This document shows positions 61,901 through 64,000 of a stretch of 64,000 nucleotides of DNA, in pieces; the first letter of the stretch is position 1, and the number at the start of each line of letters is the position of its first letter. Location of the stretch: NCBI GenBank assembly GCA_965644315.1, contig CBFFRQ010000065.1:186001-250000 (forward strand). Reading direction: 5' to 3'. Both the position numbers and the translations under genes were made by a program. The DNA is from Caecitellus pseudoparvulus (Eukaryota > Protista > Bigyra: Bicosoecida). The notes beneath the pieces are model-generated. The model did not search any database, had not been told where the DNA came from, and worked only from the letters and a program-made list of their open reading frames with translations.

Positions 61901-62008
61901 GGCGTGCCGAGATTGGGACCTCTGCCATGCCGGACTGGGAGCACAGGCGCGGGACACTCGGCGTAATGCTGTGCGGGCCGGCAACGCTGCTGCGCGCACG
62001 GCGAGCAT
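58967..62008 (-). CDS. POLRMT: Mitochondrial single-subunit (T7-type) RNA polymerase
   Basis: NMDFRGRVYP, HQDGSCNGLQHYAAL (motif A), RKVVKQTVMTSVYG (motif B), PPNYVHSLDS, VHDSYWTH (motif C), terminal SPYFFS; Arg/Ala/Ser-rich transit peptide. Confidence 0.96.
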   Translation of the reverse strand: MLAVRAAALPARTALRRVSRACAPSPAWQRSQSRHAVAGQCSRTRPCSSAAAGMDLHGVDVPLGAAELAFHATSRSDDETPDAASGEAAQHKDALQRQLELETLALEENTQAYKEIIESVVSMNRGSSLAPAQKLLTQWFAPLVRAIDEEQNIIASGNFKQGGQGKDRTVYGPYLLLVKPEKLAVMTMHESLSAVLNQGGVCKFTQLAERIGQYVQAEVNLLKLKSENKRLWSQLRGPLDSKKLQKLRVAARKALDDPEWPTPHRVKLGAALLRLLLKSARVDVPVTDQDALDRAAELEEATARQQDVPGGKHTILGSFTTRSRGGAAGSGLRSMLTMEDDPEAPFWSHAAVAEDDEGGEGDSAWPVDANYVRMPAFMHGRFTRGHTSVGVLRAHPRLVELFKDTAVGYSHVTTFPMVVPPRPWTRPDRGGYLRQRVPLIRPCGSRLQKQVLAEGVHMPSVYEGLNALGAVPWRINTGVLEVLQEVWSTGGGLADVPPHEDVPLPPEPDLSGCADQEEVALALRRHRRTLQKIKQGNSDLHSLRCDMKLKLRVAEMFKEEPAVYFPFNMDFRGRVYPVPPHLNHMGADVCRGLLTFAKGKPLGERGFHWLKVHTANLFGVDKVSFADRAAFVEENMARVLDSAARPLDGERWWLEADSPWQALAACRELAAAVQSGDPHSYVCHLPVHQDGSCNGLQHYAALGRDEPGARAVNLVAADKPQDVYSEVLKLVLARIDADASRAPPTDLPDHERALLEGDIAAARFVQGHVNRKVVKQTVMTSVYGVTFIGAREQIRARLQEKFDPAINPVAAAMHVDDLDAAVYGASIYLAKVTLGSLGEMFAAADAIKDWLGNAARLAATRNQPMCWITPLGLPVVQPYRRNQAVMVRTVLQDVCVIDDSDALPVSGQRQKSAFPPNYVHSLDSTHMFLTAIDCARRGLTFTAVHDSYWTHACDVDTMSTSLREQFVRLYSMPLLENFRDQLALRFPDCSLPPLPERGTLDLNHVKDSPYFFS

Positions 62009-62394
62009 GGTGGTTGCCTGAGCGGGGCGGGGCACACTTCCTCCGGATCACAGCACGTGGGAGGTGTGGATATGCTGTGTTTTTACCGAGGGCTGTCACG
62101 GCTTCGGCGTGTGAGTGCCGTGAGAGACGTGGACCACGTGTGGACTGGCTCAAACTGTGCTGGCTGCCTCGCAAGTCGCAGGGTAGCGCAGTTTCCAGAA
62201 GTCAACGCGAGGAGCCACATCTAGAATGGGAATAATCAGTCCCCTCAATATTCAGTTTGCACATGCGCTGATCCTTCATTCTCAAGGCTGCTAGATTGCG
62301 GAGTGCCCTGCGGAAATCGGTTTGCGGCATTGCCACCAAACTCTCCAGCTGAGCTGCAAGGTCGAGGTGCTGGCCAGTGTCCTGGATCCATGCA

Positions 62395-63210
62395 ATGTCA
62401 AAACATATTTCACGTCTGGAGGCATTGCTAGGCGTCCCGTTCTTTACCGAATCGGCCTTCACAGCTGGTATTGTGCACGTGACTGCCTGCCTCATCCAAG
62501 CAGGCAGCCTGACCACCATCAACCTCGGCCCTGCAGCCCCTTCACACCCCCTTGACCACGCATTGCTTGTCGCGAACCGGGCAAGCTGTGACGCTGTGCT
62601 CCAGGCGGCAGGCACAGTGCGGGACGAAGCTCAGCGGTTAGGAGGTCTGCCTGACTCCTACCACGTCAGCGGCACCGGGGCGCCCGAGGTGTTTGCGTGG
62701 CGCAGGCGCCGCCTTGCCGCCGGCATCGGGCGAGAAGGGCCATGCCTGATCCTGACGGCTTCTGGCGACCTGCCTCCCAGTGTGTTCGCGCAGGGACCAG
62801 GGTCGCACGACGCACCCCGCAGCCACGCCCCAGCCGTGCTGACCGCTTCAAGCGGAGTGCAGCAGGCACGCGCCTGTGTGCCAGCATACATCCCCCTGCA
62901 CCACACACCACACCCTTCTCCACAACACGCCATAGCTTTGCTACGAGGCATGGGTGCCCAGCGCATCGCAGTGGAAGGGGGGCCAGGCTTGGCCCGGCAG
63001 ATGTACGCCTCGCCCGAGCCCCGCATCGACTACCTCTTGCTCTCGACGCTGAAGCCTGATCCCAGAAGCGCAGCAGTGCCTGCAGAGGCAAAAGGCAAGG
63101 AATTGCTACACATGGAGCAGCTGCGCGACGAGTTCTACCCCCTGGCCTCAGGGTTTGGCGTGGACTCAGTGTGGGGTCGGTGGTGCTTTCAGCTGTGGCG
63201 GCGGCGATGA
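62395..63210 (+). CDS. RibD C-terminal (DHFR-like) reductase domain protein
   Basis: DHALLVANRASCDAVLQAAGTVRDE, LRGMGAQRIAVEGGPGLARQM, IDYLLLS; intronless. Confidence 0.7.
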   Translation: MSKHISRLEALLGVPFFTESAFTAGIVHVTACLIQAGSLTTINLGPAAPSHPLDHALLVANRASCDAVLQAAGTVRDEAQRLGGLPDSYHVSGTGAPEVFAWRRRRLAAGIGREGPCLILTASGDLPPSVFAQGPGSHDAPRSHAPAVLTASSGVQQARACVPAYIPLHHTPHPSPQHAIALLRGMGAQRIAVEGGPGLARQMYASPEPRIDYLLLSTLKPDPRSAAVPAEAKGKELLHMEQLRDEFYPLASGFGVDSVWGRWCFQLWRRR

Positions 63211-63275
63211 GGCAGGGTGACAGACGGGCACAAACAGAGGAGGCATAGTGGACGCGAGCATGCATGCATTGGGGT

Positions 63276-64000
63276 CTACCAGGGGGTGTTGCGGGTGGAC
63301 GCGTGTGTGATGCCCCAGTCATCCTCCTGTGCGACGGCTGGCGTGGCGAGGTCCACCATGGACAGGGGCTGGCCAGCCGACGTGCCTGGAGTCGCCCACG
63401 TCTGACGCGAGTGCCCAGTCGAGCCATGGCGCTGCGATGCGCGTGAGGCTGCATGCCCCTGGGCATGCACAGGTCCTGCCTTGCGCGTTCGGGGCGCGGG
63501 CGGCGACCGCAAGTCGACAGAAGCGTGGGGAGCGGAGTCGTGGGGGAGCTGCCCAGCCTTGCTGCGGTGGGCAGCTTGGTGGCGCTGCGCGTAGCCATGG
63601 GGCACTACGGGTGGGGTGGGCGCGGCTTCGTCTGGCAAAGCAGGCACCACCCATCGAGCCACCGTTGGCCCTGCTGCCTTGGCTTGTCTAAGGCCAGCAG
63701 CATCCTGCTTCCCTCCAGCGGCCGAGGGCAGGGGCGCTGGCAAGTACGCAGTGGTTCGCGGCTCCGGCTTGACCGGCGCGACGGCGGGTACACGCCAGGT
63801 TTGGGGGTGCAGGCTGCCAGGTGAGCCGGCGTCCAGCTCCAGCACAGAACTGGACTCGGACAGCTCAACTGGCAGGTGCCGTGGCACACCCTTCACTTTG
63901 CGCAGAGGGCCACGCCGGGTGGACTTGGGCCTCTCTGCTCTGCTGGCTTCCAGGCGCCGCCGCGAGCGCACAGACAGACCCGTGGGCGTGTCTACCCCCG
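63276..64000 (-). CDS. 3' end of a low-complexity hypothetical protein (start outside the window)
   Basis: 231-aa ORF reaching to within 30 bp of the window edge and ending DDWGITHASTRNTPW, convergent with the RibD-like gene. Confidence 0.45.
   Translation of the reverse strand, partial: GVDTPTGLSVRSRRRLEASRAERPKSTRRGPLRKVKGVPRHLPVELSESSSVLELDAGSPGSLHPQTWRVPAVAPVKPEPRTTAYLPAPLPSAAGGKQDAAGLRQAKAAGPTVARWVVPALPDEAAPTPPVVPHGYAQRHQAAHRSKAGQLPHDSAPHASVDLRSPPAPRTRKAGPVHAQGHAASRASQRHGSTGHSRQTWATPGTSAGQPLSMVDLATPAVAQEDDWGITHASTRNTPW

Noticed and set aside
58967-62008. T7-like RNA polymerase as evidence of a phage, plasmid or endogenous virus
   Set aside because: It has a mitochondrial-type transit peptide, host-like codon usage and housekeeping neighbours; this is the normal nuclear-encoded mitochondrial polymerase.

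Overview
GC-rich, gene-dense eukaryotic nuclear DNA, not prokaryotic or viral. It carries about 26 protein-coding loci, many split by short GT-AG introns (mostly ~50-220 nt, with GTGCGT the most frequent donor among those I traced). Ciliary genes (CFAP52-like, BART domain), secreted hydrolases and no plastid-related genes suggest a heterotrophic flagellated protist; this is inference and the taxon cannot be fixed from this window. Recognisable genes: a TEP1-like DUF4062-NACHT-WD40 protein (runs off the left edge), a PTD/SPO16- or FAAP24-like ERCC1-family protein, CFAP52, KEOPS PCC1, carnitine acyltransferase, GH5 endoglycoceramidase, a KMT2/trithorax H3K4 methyltransferase, a BNR-repeat propeller, CSTF2, a BART protein, NOP53, ACAD9, an SPFH protein, a multi-EF-hand protein, a BIRC6-like E2, CAF16 ABC ATPase, MPDU1, mitochondrial T7-type RNA polymerase and a RibD_C-like reductase. 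The most unusual items are a spliced gamma-glutamylcyclotransferase + dual-specificity phosphatase fusion (27.4-29.1 kb), a possible meiotic crossover factor (8.9-9.7 kb), a SIM-bearing mini-BIRC6 E2, and an atypical block at 40.2-45.5 kb. That block holds an acylation-motif/collagen-repeat membrane orphan, a second orphan and a frameshifted SMU1 fragment. All family assignments rest on motifs recalled from memory; no searches were run. Most other ORFs in the track are antisense or alternate-frame shadows.
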